NCBI GenBank assembly: GCA_942492795.1
Contig: OW818639.1
Location: 1,685,358 to 1,749,357, forward strand
DNA length: 64,000 nt
Direction of reading: 5' to 3'
Source of the DNA: an uncultured Christensenellaceae bacterium
GTDB taxonomy: Bacteria > Bacillota > Clostridia > Christensenellales > QAND01
Positions 30,821-41,086 of this stretch are shown here, piece after piece (the stretch's first letter is position 1; the number at the start of each line of letters is the position of its first letter). Made by a program: the position numbers and the translations under genes. Below the pieces are notes generated by a model, which was not told where the DNA came from, searched no databases, and saw nothing but the letters and a program-made list of their open reading frames with translations.

Positions 30821-30995
30821 CTTCCTTAATCGAGATTATTTCATTCATAGGAAAACTTGTCAATATGCGATAAATCGCCAATGCGGCAGCAATAGAGTCA
30901 GTGGGGTATAAACATTTTATCATTGAATATAGTAACTATGCTATACTATATATGCATTTAAATATGCATTAAAAAAACACTGGAGGAAAAGGACG

Positions 30996-33005
30996 ATGGA
31001 AATCGATTTTGGACAAATACTCACCCTATTGGCATACGTTGCAGGCGGGGTGGTTGTCCTCTACGTATTGATCTTTAAAATCCTTGGATTGCGCGTCATT
31101 CGCTCCGATGAAGTAGCTGTGATTGAAAAATGGTGGAGCATGAAAGGATCGCTCAAAGATGCCATCATTGCGCTCAACGGCGAAGCCGGTTATTCTCCGG
31201 ACTTGCTGCGCGGCGGCATCCATTTCAAGTCGGTGCTCAAATTCAAGATCCATCGCTATCCGCTTATAACCATTCCGCAAGGCCAGATAGCCTATATCTT
31301 CGCTAAGGACGGAACGCCGCTTCAGCCTTCCCAAACGCTTGGAAAGGTCATTCCCGAGGCGAACAACTTCCAAAGCGTCAGGGGCTTTTTGCAAAACGGC
31401 GGGCAAAGAGGGCCGCAGCGCGGTATTCTTCGAGAAGGAACCTATGCTATCAACCTTGCACAGTTTGTCGTTATTACACCAAACGAAATCAAGGCCATCA
31501 TGACCGGCGCACGGCAGGAACGGACGGAAATCGCAGGCATGCAGCAGACGCTTCTTTCCAGAGATGCGTTCAGCCCGGTCGTCATCATGGGGAACAGCAA
31601 GGAAACCAGCGACCTGATGGGCATTGTCACCGTTCACGACGGACCTTCGCTGGAACAGGGTGAAATCATCGCGCCGAGCGTCGGACAAGGTCACGCCAGT
31701 TTTCAGGATCCGGAAAAATTTCTTGAATTGGACGGCAAGCGCGGCAAACAGCTGCAAGTACTTACCGACGGTACCTATTATATCAACCGACTTTTTGCAA
31801 CCGTTGAATACCGTCCAAAGACGGTCGTGCCAATCGGCTTTGTCGGCGTGGTCGTTTCGTTCTATGGCATTGAGGGCGTGGATACCACGGGAGTTGATTA
31901 CCGTCACGGGGAATTGGTGCAGGTAGGCGCCAAAGGCGTGCAGGAAAAACCGCTGATGACCGGCAAGTATGCGTTTAATACCGATGCGGGCAAAGTCGTG
32001 CTTGTTCCGACGACCAATATCATTCTGAAATGGAACCGCAATGAAACGGGTGACCATAAATACGACGAGAACCTTTCCGAAGTGGACATCATCACCAAGG
32101 ATGCGTTTGAGCCGTCACTGCCGCTTTCGGTTGTTATGCATATCGACTACAAACAGGCGCCGTGGGTCATCCAACGCTTTGGCGACATCAACATGCTGGT
32201 CAACCAATCGCTGGATCCGCTGGTCAGCGCTTATTTCAAGGATGTCGCGCAGACCAAGACCCTCATCGAGTTGATCCAGGAGCGCAGCGCTATCCGTGAG
32301 CGGGCAGTGCTGGAGATGCGTGAAAAATTCCGATATTACAATTTGCAGCTCGAAGAAGTGCTGATCGGCACACCCAAATCCATGGTGGCGGATGTGCAAA
32401 TAGAAAATATTCTAACACAACTGCGCGAACGCCAAATTGCCGAGGAGAAAAAGGTCACCTATCAAAAGCAGCAAGAGGCAGCCGAAAGCGAAAAGGCGTT
32501 GCGTGAAGCGCAGGCAACAGCCGAGCAGCAGAGCTTCTTGACCAAGTCGAAGATACAGATCGAAGTGGAACGCAACAGCGGCGCCGCATTGGCAAGCAAA
32601 GCCGAACAGGAAGCGTACCAGATCATAGCGCTTGCCAAGGCCAACGCCGAAAAGGTGCGCCTTGAAGGCGAAGCGGAAGCGTCCAAGGAAACCAACGTCG
32701 GTTTGGCCAAAGCGCAGGCCATCGACGCACAGGTCAAAGCATATGGCGGGGCGGAGTATCGCGTTATACAGGAAGTTGCCGATAAACTGTCCGACGCCAT
32801 CAAACAGACACACGTGGACATTGTGCCAAAGACAGTTGTCAACATGGGCGGACAGGGAAACGACACCGGCGGCGGAACCATTTTGGATAACCTGTTGCGG
32901 TTCATCTCGCTGGAAAAACTTGGCGTTTCGCTCCATGCGACGGCAAACCCGACGGATGCTGCGGCAACGGGCACAGAGGAAACACAGACGGAAAACAAAC
33001 AATGA
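30996..33005 (+). CDS. SPFH/band-7 (flotillin/YqiK-like) membrane protein with an Ala/Glu-rich C-terminal repeat region
   Basis: N-terminal TM helix. An extended SPFH-like region. A C-terminal coiled coil rich in EA/AEA repeats as in flotillins. 669 aa. Confidence 0.6.
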   Translation: MEIDFGQILTLLAYVAGGVVVLYVLIFKILGLRVIRSDEVAVIEKWWSMKGSLKDAIIALNGEAGYSPDLLRGGIHFKSVLKFKIHRYPLITIPQGQIAYIFAKDGTPLQPSQTLGKVIPEANNFQSVRGFLQNGGQRGPQRGILREGTYAINLAQFVVITPNEIKAIMTGARQERTEIAGMQQTLLSRDAFSPVVIMGNSKETSDLMGIVTVHDGPSLEQGEIIAPSVGQGHASFQDPEKFLELDGKRGKQLQVLTDGTYYINRLFATVEYRPKTVVPIGFVGVVVSFYGIEGVDTTGVDYRHGELVQVGAKGVQEKPLMTGKYAFNTDAGKVVLVPTTNIILKWNRNETGDHKYDENLSEVDIITKDAFEPSLPLSVVMHIDYKQAPWVIQRFGDINMLVNQSLDPLVSAYFKDVAQTKTLIELIQERSAIRERAVLEMREKFRYYNLQLEEVLIGTPKSMVADVQIENILTQLRERQIAEEKKVTYQKQQEAAESEKALREAQATAEQQSFLTKSKIQIEVERNSGAALASKAEQEAYQIIALAKANAEKVRLEGEAEASKETNVGLAKAQAIDAQVKAYGGAEYRVIQEVADKLSDAIKQTHVDIVPKTVVNMGGQGNDTGGGTILDNLLRFISLEKLGVSLHATANPTDAAATGTEETQTENKQ

Positions 33006-33184
33006 CGATTTGAATGCGCGCATTCAGATGGAAAAGCAACGGAGAATTCATCACCCGTTGCTTTTCTCTTGCGCGTATAAAGCTGAAAACTTGACGGATG
33101 CTTTGATCAATTTCATTAGAAATATGATCGTTAAAATGATATACTCTGAATCGATTGTAACTTATCATTATTTTGGGGGTTATT

Positions 33185-33787
33185 ATGAAACATTTTTCTG
33201 TTCTCCTTCTATCGGTGCTGCTGCTGATAGGATCAGCCGGATGTGCATCCGGCAACGCGGGAAAAACTGCGGCGCCATCCGTCCAACCATCTGCAAATTC
33301 ACAAGCTGCTGCCACGCCGAAAGGCGAGCCAACGCCGAAAGATTATTTGGAGATCGGGTTTGATCTTATGGACAAAGAAGCGTTGGGGCAACTGAAACTC
33401 AATATGACGGAAAGCCAGCTGACAGAAAAAATCGGCAAGCCGAACACAAAATCCAAAGCACAGGTATGGGGTGCGGACGGATTTGAGCATTCCACCTGGT
33501 CCTTTACCAAAATCGGTCTGAGCATTGATATGCAAAAAGAGGTCGATTCCAAGGCGGAGTCAGTGGTTTATTCCATCACGGCAAAAGCCCCCTGCGACTA
33601 TGCCACACTGCGCGGGATCAAGATCGGCGATAAAAAGGAAGCCGTCCTAAGTGCATATCGGGACGAAGTAGACCAACAGGCGGGTGATGATCAAAGCATT
33701 GTCATCGGTTCCGTCTATGGCGGGATCATCGTTGGAATTAAAAACGGCATGGTACAGTCCATTTTCATCGGTGCCAGCGCGGAATAA
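33185..33787 (+). CDS. Putative lipoprotein (hypothetical)
   Basis: Signal peptide with lipobox LIGSAGC. A Pro/Ala-rich linker. No recognisable domain. Confidence 0.55.
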   Translation: MKHFSVLLLSVLLLIGSAGCASGNAGKTAAPSVQPSANSQAAATPKGEPTPKDYLEIGFDLMDKEALGQLKLNMTESQLTEKIGKPNTKSKAQVWGADGFEHSTWSFTKIGLSIDMQKEVDSKAESVVYSITAKAPCDYATLRGIKIGDKKEAVLSAYRDEVDQQAGDDQSIVIGSVYGGIIVGIKNGMVQSIFIGASAE

Positions 33788-33964
33788 TCGATTTCGCGAA
33801 CAGCAGAATCAAGAAGCGGAACGGGATAATATATCCCGGTTTCCGCTTTTTATGTTATCGGCCAATCGCTGCCAACTGTTCGTTAAGATTACACATTGCC
33901 CGTAGGCTTGCAATTCAAAAGATGGTACACTGTTGACATGTGCTGATTGAAGAGGGAATGTTTG

Positions 33965-34306
33965 ATGGATCAAAAGGTCATCGAGATCAATTTGGAATAT
34001 GGCAATCCGACGGTGGACAGCGCCCTTATGAATATGGTGAACCAATTGACAACACACATGCGCCGGGGTTGCAAAGCGGCTATCCTGATACACGGGTATG
34101 GTTCAACCGGTACAGGCGGCAGCATCAAAACGGCGGTGCGAAGCAAGCTCGCAGACAGCAGCTTAAAAGGCATTGTTCGCGTGGCGGTCGGGGGAGAAGA
34201 TTGGTTTTTCAGGCGAAAAGAGCTATACGCTCTTTGCAAGTCGCTGGAGAAATTTGACCGCAGAATCGCCAACAACGAAGGAATAACCGTTGTTTTGCTG
34301 CGCTGA
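33965..34306 (+). CDS. Smr-domain-like small protein
   Basis: AILIHGYGSTGTGGSIKTAVRSKL resembles the Smr core (hGxG...lk.aV). RBS GAGGGAA at 6 nt. Confidence 0.45.
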   Translation: MDQKVIEINLEYGNPTVDSALMNMVNQLTTHMRRGCKAAILIHGYGSTGTGGSIKTAVRSKLADSSLKGIVRVAVGGEDWFFRRKELYALCKSLEKFDRRIANNEGITVVLLR

Positions 34307-34371
34307 GACACTTTTATTAGAATATATCCTCAACGTAAGTTGATTTAGAATCAGAATTGACAGAGGGGAAC

Positions 34372-35022
34372 ATGGAAAAAAGATCAATACAAAACATCAA
34401 AGCATTTGAAATCCGCGACGGAGACCGGACTTTTTTTGGATTTCGCCAGAAATGGTATAAAACCGGTTGGCAGCGCATGTCGGGTTGCGGACCGACAGTC
34501 GTTGCCAACATCGTATACTATTACAATTCCAGAAAAAGAACCGTATCCGCCGGCACACCGGTTCAAAAGGATTCGATTGTTGAGATCATGGAAGAAATCT
34601 GGCAGCACGTCAAGCCAACGGTCAGAGGACTGCCGGAAGCAAGGCTGCTGCACGAAGGCGTACTTCAATATGCACGGGCAAAAAGGCTGCGCCCCAAGAC
34701 CGCCATGTTGAATATACCGCAAAAGGGCAATAAGCGGCCGCCATTTTTGGACGTTATCCAGTTTGTTGACAGTGCGTTGAAAGAGGATTCGCCTGTTGCG
34801 TTTCTCAACTTAAACCACGGAGAGGAAAAGCAGCTGGAATCCTGGCACTGGGTCACTATTGTTTCGATGGAATACTCGCAGGACGGTGATTCTGCATTCA
34901 TTGAGATTCTGGATGAAGGGTATATCAAAAGAATCGATCTTGCAAAATGGTATCGGACAACATCCCTTGGCGGAGGTCTTGTAAGCTTTGCTTTTGATGA
35001 TGCCATGCCTGTCGTTGTTTAA
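34372..35022 (+). CDS. Hypothetical protein with a BtrH-N/C39-like papain-fold signature
   Basis: SGCGPT motif about 50 residues in, with a later His-rich segment (LNHGEE...WHWVTI). Weak call. Confidence 0.35.
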   Translation: MEKRSIQNIKAFEIRDGDRTFFGFRQKWYKTGWQRMSGCGPTVVANIVYYYNSRKRTVSAGTPVQKDSIVEIMEEIWQHVKPTVRGLPEARLLHEGVLQYARAKRLRPKTAMLNIPQKGNKRPPFLDVIQFVDSALKEDSPVAFLNLNHGEEKQLESWHWVTIVSMEYSQDGDSAFIEILDEGYIKRIDLAKWYRTTSLGGGLVSFAFDDAMPVVV

Positions 35023-35135
35023 TCGCCATAGAAACGACCGGTTCGCGCCTGTTTACAATCTCATATGAATAAATATTGAAATGATACGATTTATAGTAGT
35101 GTAGGACTTGGCAGTGTTGATTTAAAGGCGAAGCT

Positions 35136-35948
35136 ATGAGAATTGAGAAATCCTTTCAGAACGCGGCAAGAGAATATACTACGGTTCAGCAGGTACAAGG
35201 AAGTGTACCTGTTGCTAAAAATACGCAAATACACAGCGGGACCGATCTGGTAAACGATATGATCCAAGGCGCAGCAAAAGCAGACGGACTTCACGAGCAT
35301 TTGGCCGACACAACGATATTGCCGCCTTCCATCAAAGGGCTTGTGCAGATGGCAGCGAGTTTGAGTGAGCGGGATTGGAGCTCGTTTAGCCAGCATGTTC
35401 AATTGTCCGGGGTGGCCGGTTCCGTTGCGGCATTGACAACGCCGTTTGCCAAGGTGGACGCGGCATGCTATCGCCTCGAAGTGTATATACTGGATCAGAA
35501 CGGACAAGAGGTGCTTGTTCTGCGTGAAGGCAATTTTGACGTATTCACCATTCGGGACAGGAGCAGTACTGACGCAATCCTCGTTGATGCGCAAAGTTTT
35601 GGCGGCACATTGCTGCTGGAAACTGTTTTTGACGAAATCGTTTCAGCCCAGGCACTGCCTGCACATGTAAAGAGCATGCTTGGAGATAACCTCCATGCAA
35701 CTGGTTTCCACATCGTTGAAAGCGCCATTCTCGCAGGCATTCCATTGGGTATTGCGGGCGAAGTTTACATACGAAACGGCATCGTTCATATTCGCAGATA
35801 TTACGACGGATCGGGTACGCCCATCACCAAAGAGATGCAGCAAAAGCAAATGTCCGGTAAAAGAATTCAAAGGATTGTATTCTCAAGCGTGATCGGTGTG
35901 GCTGTACTCGTGTTTGCGTTAATCGTCTTGCTTTTCTCCGCCAGATAA
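35136..35948 (+). CDS. Hypothetical C-terminally membrane-anchored protein
   Basis: 270 aa. A single C-terminal TM helix (IVFSSVIGVAVLVFALIVLLFS). No recognisable domain. Confidence 0.45.
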   Translation: MRIEKSFQNAAREYTTVQQVQGSVPVAKNTQIHSGTDLVNDMIQGAAKADGLHEHLADTTILPPSIKGLVQMAASLSERDWSSFSQHVQLSGVAGSVAALTTPFAKVDAACYRLEVYILDQNGQEVLVLREGNFDVFTIRDRSSTDAILVDAQSFGGTLLLETVFDEIVSAQALPAHVKSMLGDNLHATGFHIVESAILAGIPLGIAGEVYIRNGIVHIRRYYDGSGTPITKEMQQKQMSGKRIQRIVFSSVIGVAVLVFALIVLLFSAR

Positions 35949-36240
35949 GAAACCCGACGTATCAACAATTATCGGCGGAACTTTAAAAATGGATATTCAT
36001 TCAGTTTATTGCATGTTCGGGAATCGTGCCGATTCGGACGTCATGATTAGCAATATTGTCTAAAAATAGTCAATATCTATTGTTAAACCGCACATACAAA
36101 CCAATTTTTCCTTCGGCAAAAATCAGCAGCATAAAAAAGCATCAAGAATATTGCATGTTTATTACTTCGCCTATTGTTGGATAGGCAAATATTTGATACT
36201 ATTTATATGCTACTGATATAAGATTGAAGGAGGGAACTCA

Positions 36241-37884
36241 ATGATAAATTATCAGAAGAGTAACGATGTATTGGGCACAGTCAACAGGGGAAATCCGGCG
36301 GAATCCGGCCTTTGCACGCTATGCAGAGCGGACTGTAAAGGCAGATGCGAAACTTGGCTTTCCAGCATCAAGGGCAGAAAGATGCTTTATCCCAGAGATT
36401 TTGGAACGATCACGGCAGGAAGTTCCAATATCAACCACATTGGCCTCTGCTACAACAACCTCCGTATCCAGGGATACTGCTACGGTGCAAACGGTCTTCC
36501 CGATGGCATGACCAACAGCCAGGACGATTGCCTTTTCACCAATGTCAGCCTCGAAACCTCTTTTGGCAAACAGGTAAAGACGAAATCGAAAGTCCCCATG
36601 ATGACCGGCGCGCTTGGATCCACTTTTATCGCAGCTAAGTATTGGAGCTCCTTTGCCATTGGTGCAGCTTTGGTAGGGTTTCCGATCGTTATCGGCGAAA
36701 ACGTCGTAGGCATCGACAGGCAAGCCGTGTTTGAAAACGGCAAAATCAAGACTGCACCCGAACTGGAGCGCAGGATCGATGAGTATCTTCGCTACTATGA
36801 CGGATACGGTGCAATCATTGTACAGATGAACGTGGAAGATACCAACAACGGTGTTGCAGAATTTTTGGCGGAAAAATACGGAGACAAGGTCATTCTTGAG
36901 CTCAAATGGGGCCAGGGCGCCAAGGATATCGGCGGAGAAATCCAGGTCACGAACCTCGATTATGCTATTTTCCTCAAAAATCGCGGCTATGTCGTGGATC
37001 CCGATCCCACCAAACCCGAAGTCCAGGCAGCGTTTACGAGCGGTGCTATCCGTTCGTTTGCCCGTCACTCCAGGCTTGGCAACACAACGCTTTCCAGCTA
37101 TCAGCAGGTGCAGGATAGCTTTATGAAAGCCATCGAATACTACCGCAGCATCGGTCACAAGCGCATCACGCTCAAAACAGGCTCCTACGGCATGGAAGGG
37201 CTTGCGATGGCCATCAAATTCTCAACGGATGCAAAACTGGATCTTCTGACCGTTGACGGTTCCGGCGGCGGAACCGGCATGAGTCCGTGGAACATGATGG
37301 AATCATGGGGCGTCCCCTCCATTGTCCTGCATTCCAAGGCAAGGGAGTATGCCGGAATTCTGTCCCAAAAAGGCGCGGATGTCGTGGATATGGCGTTTGC
37401 GGGCGGATTGGCCAGAGAAGATCATATATTCAAAGCACTGGCACTCGGCGCTCCGTACACCAAGTTGGTATGCATGGGTCGTGCGTTGATGATCCCGGGA
37501 TTCCTTGGATCCAACATCGAAGGCGCGCTCAACCCGCAGAAGAAAGAAGCATTGTGCGGCAACTGGGATGAACTGCCCAAGAGCATGGTGGAAGAGTTTG
37601 GCGGCACACCGGAGCAGATCTTCGCAGGCTACTACGATGTGCAGAGCAAAGTGGGTGCATCCGAGATGAAGAACATCCCCTACGGCGCCATTGCGGTTTG
37701 GACGCTTGCCGACAAGCTGGGTTCCGGTCTGCAGCAGATGATGGCGGGCGCAAGAAAATTCCAGATCGACGCCATCTCGCGTGACGACCTCTTTGCAGGC
37801 AACCGGGAAACCGAGAAAGAAACGGGTATCCGTTTCGTGGGCGATGTCGGAGATGAAACAGCCAAAAAGATATTGAGCCTGTAA
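36241..37884 (+). CDS. FMN-binding glutamate-synthase-family protein (GltB central-domain-like) with an N-terminal Cys cluster
   Basis: N-terminal CTLCRADCKGRCE cluster. FMN-domain motif VDGSGGGTGMSP (compare GltS DGxEGGTGA). 547 aa. RBS GAAGGAGGG. Confidence 0.75.
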   Translation: MINYQKSNDVLGTVNRGNPAESGLCTLCRADCKGRCETWLSSIKGRKMLYPRDFGTITAGSSNINHIGLCYNNLRIQGYCYGANGLPDGMTNSQDDCLFTNVSLETSFGKQVKTKSKVPMMTGALGSTFIAAKYWSSFAIGAALVGFPIVIGENVVGIDRQAVFENGKIKTAPELERRIDEYLRYYDGYGAIIVQMNVEDTNNGVAEFLAEKYGDKVILELKWGQGAKDIGGEIQVTNLDYAIFLKNRGYVVDPDPTKPEVQAAFTSGAIRSFARHSRLGNTTLSSYQQVQDSFMKAIEYYRSIGHKRITLKTGSYGMEGLAMAIKFSTDAKLDLLTVDGSGGGTGMSPWNMMESWGVPSIVLHSKAREYAGILSQKGADVVDMAFAGGLAREDHIFKALALGAPYTKLVCMGRALMIPGFLGSNIEGALNPQKKEALCGNWDELPKSMVEEFGGTPEQIFAGYYDVQSKVGASEMKNIPYGAIAVWTLADKLGSGLQQMMAGARKFQIDAISRDDLFAGNRETEKETGIRFVGDVGDETAKKILSL

Positions 37885-37954
37885 TACAGGACAACGGGCG
37901 CCAGTGCCTTCCTTTCTTGGCGCATACGTTCTTTGGCTCAGTTGGACCTCTTGC

Positions 37955-37990
37955 ATGTTGGCCAAAAGCCCCGGCCGTTTGACGGCCGGG
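37955..37990 (+). terminator. Rho-independent terminator after the GltB-like gene
   Basis: Stem AAAGCCCCGGCCG / CGGCCGGGGCTTT followed by TATT. Confidence 0.7.
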
Positions 37991-38100
37991 GCTTTTATTC
38001 CGCCTAAAATGCGGCTGTTGGGGCATTTCTTTCTCCGGGCGCCTTGCTATCAAAGTATCCGGTATGCTATCATAAACCGAATTGCTTGGGGGATGTTTGG

Positions 38101-39009
38101 ATGCTTGAGAAATCAACAAAAGGGCCTATATTGATTGCAATCACCGCTATACTATGGAGTTTTGGCGGCTTGCTCATCAAACTGATCCCGTGGGATGCGA
38201 TGACGATCATCGGTTTGCGCGCTGTATTTGCCGCCGTTATTATCGCCATCTATATGCGCCGTCCCAAAATCGAGTTTTCGCTCTCGGTCATTTTGGGTGC
38301 CGTGTGCATGTCGGGCACGACCATTCTGTTTGTTTTTGCCAACAAACTGACAACGGCTGCAAACGCCATTGTTCTGCAATACACTGCGCCGATATTTGTC
38401 ATCATACTCTCTGCATTGTTTCTAAAGAAACGGGCAAAAGCACCGGATCTGATCGCGGTGCTGATCGTTTTTTTCGGCATAGCGCTGTTTTTCTTTGACA
38501 AGCTCAAAGGAAGTGCGATGCTGGGAAATATATTGGCGCTGCTGTCCGGCATCACGTTTGCCGGCGTATTTATGATGAACCAGATGCCCAAAGCCAAGCC
38601 GGAACAAGCCATTTTATTGGGGCATCTGATCAATATCACGATCGGTTTGCCGTTTGTTTTGAGAAATGTCACATTCGCGCCCGTTCCGTGGCTGGCCATC
38701 ACATTGCTGGGCATCTTCCAGTTGGGGTTGGCATATGTGCTCTTCAGCATCGGCATCAAGTTGACACCCGCGGTCTCCGCTTCTTTGATAGCGTCATTGG
38801 AACCCTTGCTGAATCCGATTTGGGTCTTTATGCTCACGGGCGAGAAACCCGGCTTTTGGGCACTTGTGGGAGGCGCTGTCGTGTTGATCACGGTCATCAT
38901 CTATACCGTAACGTCCAATAAAAATGCAAAGCAACCGATGGTTGTGGATGAGCCGGCAAACGCAGAACTTTTGGAGAATACCGGCATTTTGATGGAAGAC
39001 AAACCGTAA
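38101..39009 (+). CDS. DMT-superfamily (EamA-like) transporter
   Basis: Ten predicted TM helices in two EamA repeats. ORF begins at 38044; ATG 38101 is used here. Confidence 0.75.
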   Translation: MLEKSTKGPILIAITAILWSFGGLLIKLIPWDAMTIIGLRAVFAAVIIAIYMRRPKIEFSLSVILGAVCMSGTTILFVFANKLTTAANAIVLQYTAPIFVIILSALFLKKRAKAPDLIAVLIVFFGIALFFFDKLKGSAMLGNILALLSGITFAGVFMMNQMPKAKPEQAILLGHLINITIGLPFVLRNVTFAPVPWLAITLLGIFQLGLAYVLFSIGIKLTPAVSASLIASLEPLLNPIWVFMLTGEKPGFWALVGGAVVLITVIIYTVTSNKNAKQPMVVDEPANAELLENTGILMEDKP

Positions 39010-39201
39010 AGCGGGTTCTATTGCTGTGCCAACAGCGCAGCTTCCTAAAGAGCAGCAACCAAACATCCTGAAAATAGCCAATCCAAACAGAGCGATGTAT
39101 GCTCTCTTTTTTTGCCTGCGGAGCCCTCGCAACGCTTGCGTCCTTCCTCGGAACATGTTATGAATAGGAGAGATTTATGTCTAGCGATGAGGAGGTCATC
39201 C

Positions 39202-40464
39202 ATGCACGCGTTGGAAAAAATGCTGGCAAGGGCTGCTGGCAAAGAAAAAGTTGAAACCGGCGAAATTGTAAACTGTAAAATTGATTTTGTGGAAATCAAC
39301 GATCTATACCCCCAAACCATGTATTCCTTCTATGAAATGGGAGGCAAACGAGTCTGGGATAAGGACAAAGCCGCCTTCATCTTTGACCACTATGCTCCGT
39401 CACCAACCATTAAAACCGCTCAAATACACAAAGAAATGCGGGCTTTTGCAAAGGAGCACGGGCTTACGCACCACTTCGATATCAATTCTGGCGTTTGCCA
39501 TCAAGTGATGGCGGAAGCCGGTGTGGTCTGGCCCGGGATGATCTTAGTGGCCACGGATTCGCATACCACCACGCACGGTGCATTCGGCGCGTTCGGCACC
39601 GGTGTCGGCGCCACCGACATGGCAACGATTCTGATATCCGGAGAATTGTGGTTCAGGGTACCCGAAATCATGCGCATCATTATCGACGGCAAACTGCAAA
39701 AGGGCGTATATGCCAAAGACGTCATTCTGCATATTCTGGGAGAACTCAAAGCAGACGCGGCGGTATACAAAGCCATCGAGTTCTGCGGGTCGTATGTGGA
39801 CTCCATCGGTGTTGCCGACCGCATGACCATCTGCAACATGGCGGTGGAGATGGGCGCCAAGACCGCCTATATGAAGCCGAACCAGGCGGTTCTCGACTAT
39901 GTCCGCAGCCGGACCGATAGGGAATTTGATCTGCTTGAAACGGATGAAGATTATATGTTCTGTGAAACTTATTCGTTCCAGGTGGATGACCTGACTCCGC
40001 AAATCGCCTGCCCACACAGTGTGGACAATGTATTTTCCATTGAAAACGTCCAAAGAGTCGCCGTCGATCAGGCGTTCATCGGCTCCTGTACGGGCGGAAG
40101 ACTGGAGGATATTGCAGCGGCGACTTCGATCCTCCTTGGAAAGCATATCCATCCGGATGTTCGCCTTGTCGTGATCCCGGCTTCCAAGGAAGTCTACATG
40201 GAGGCGATGAAGCATGGCTATGTACAGGCTTTGATGGATGCGGGTGCTGCGTTTGCAGCTCCGGGCTGTGGGCCATGTCTTGGGACGCACGCGGGCCTTC
40301 TGGCGGACGGGGAAGTGTGCATCTCCTCCACCAACCGTAATTTCCCCGGCAGGATGGGCAGCACAAAAGCGGATATCTATCTCGGATCTCCGGCTTGCGT
40401 GGCGGCCTCCGCGTTGTGCGGCATATTGACGGACCCAAGAACCACAGCAGACGAGGTGGAATGA
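39202..40464 (+). CDS. Aconitase-family dehydratase large subunit (archaeal-type 3-isopropylmalate/homoaconitate dehydratase LeuC/HacA-like)
   Basis: Begins MHALEKMLARAAG. Cys ligands in GSCTGG and GCGPCLG. About 420 aa. RBS GAGGAGG. Alternative upstream in-frame start at 39112. Confidence 0.85.
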   Translation: MHALEKMLARAAGKEKVETGEIVNCKIDFVEINDLYPQTMYSFYEMGGKRVWDKDKAAFIFDHYAPSPTIKTAQIHKEMRAFAKEHGLTHHFDINSGVCHQVMAEAGVVWPGMILVATDSHTTTHGAFGAFGTGVGATDMATILISGELWFRVPEIMRIIIDGKLQKGVYAKDVILHILGELKADAAVYKAIEFCGSYVDSIGVADRMTICNMAVEMGAKTAYMKPNQAVLDYVRSRTDREFDLLETDEDYMFCETYSFQVDDLTPQIACPHSVDNVFSIENVQRVAVDQAFIGSCTGGRLEDIAAATSILLGKHIHPDVRLVVIPASKEVYMEAMKHGYVQALMDAGAAFAAPGCGPCLGTHAGLLADGEVCISSTNRNFPGRMGSTKADIYLGSPACVAASALCGILTDPRTTADEVE

Positions 40465-40979
40465 TGGATACGATTATAGCAGCGAAAGCCCATGTGTTTG
40501 GAAAGAACATCGATACCGACCAGATCCTGCCAGGCAGATTCCTTGAGCTGACCAAGCCGGAAGAAATAGCACAGCACTGTCTTGAAGGTGCCGATCCTCA
40601 GTTTGCGAAAAGCATGGAAAAAGGCGACATCGTGGTGGCCGGTACGAATTTCGGCTGCGGATCCAGCCGCGAGCACGCGGCTATAGCGTTGCTCAACGCC
40701 GGTGTCAGCGTTGTATTGGCGGAATCGTTTGCGAGGATATTTTACCGCAATGCCATCAACCTAGCGCTGCCGCTGATGGTATGTCCTAATATCGGCTCCA
40801 TGGTGCACCGGGGAGACAGGCTTCGCGTTGACCTGGCATCAGGATTGATCGAGAACCTTTCCACAGGGGAAAACCTGCAAGGACAGCGCATCTCGGAATA
40901 TGCGATGAATATTTTGCAAAGCGGCGGCATCAAGCCGATGTTTTTGAAAATTACGCAGAAGATGTACCAGAACGATTGA
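40461..40979 (+). CDS. Aconitase-family dehydratase small subunit (LeuD/HacB-like, archaeal-type)
   Basis: IDTDQILPGRFL swivel-domain motif. About 172 aa. The start overlaps the large-subunit stop (ATGA). Confidence 0.85.
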   Translation: MMDTIIAAKAHVFGKNIDTDQILPGRFLELTKPEEIAQHCLEGADPQFAKSMEKGDIVVAGTNFGCGSSREHAAIALLNAGVSVVLAESFARIFYRNAINLALPLMVCPNIGSMVHRGDRLRVDLASGLIENLSTGENLQGQRISEYAMNILQSGGIKPMFLKITQKMYQND

Positions 40980-40993
40980 AGAAGGATACGCAA

Positions 40994-41031
40994 AAGAAGA
41001 GCACAGGGAAGACCTGTGCTCTTCTTTTTAT
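40994..41031. terminator. Bidirectional terminator after leuD-like (+) and the small membrane-protein gene (-)
   Basis: Stem AAGAAGAGCACAGG / (c)CTGTGCTCTTCTT followed by TTTTA. Confidence 0.7.
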
Positions 41032-41086
41032 GTTGGAAAAGGCGGCGTTTCCTGCCTCTCAGGTGCAAATGGAGATCTACAATTGT

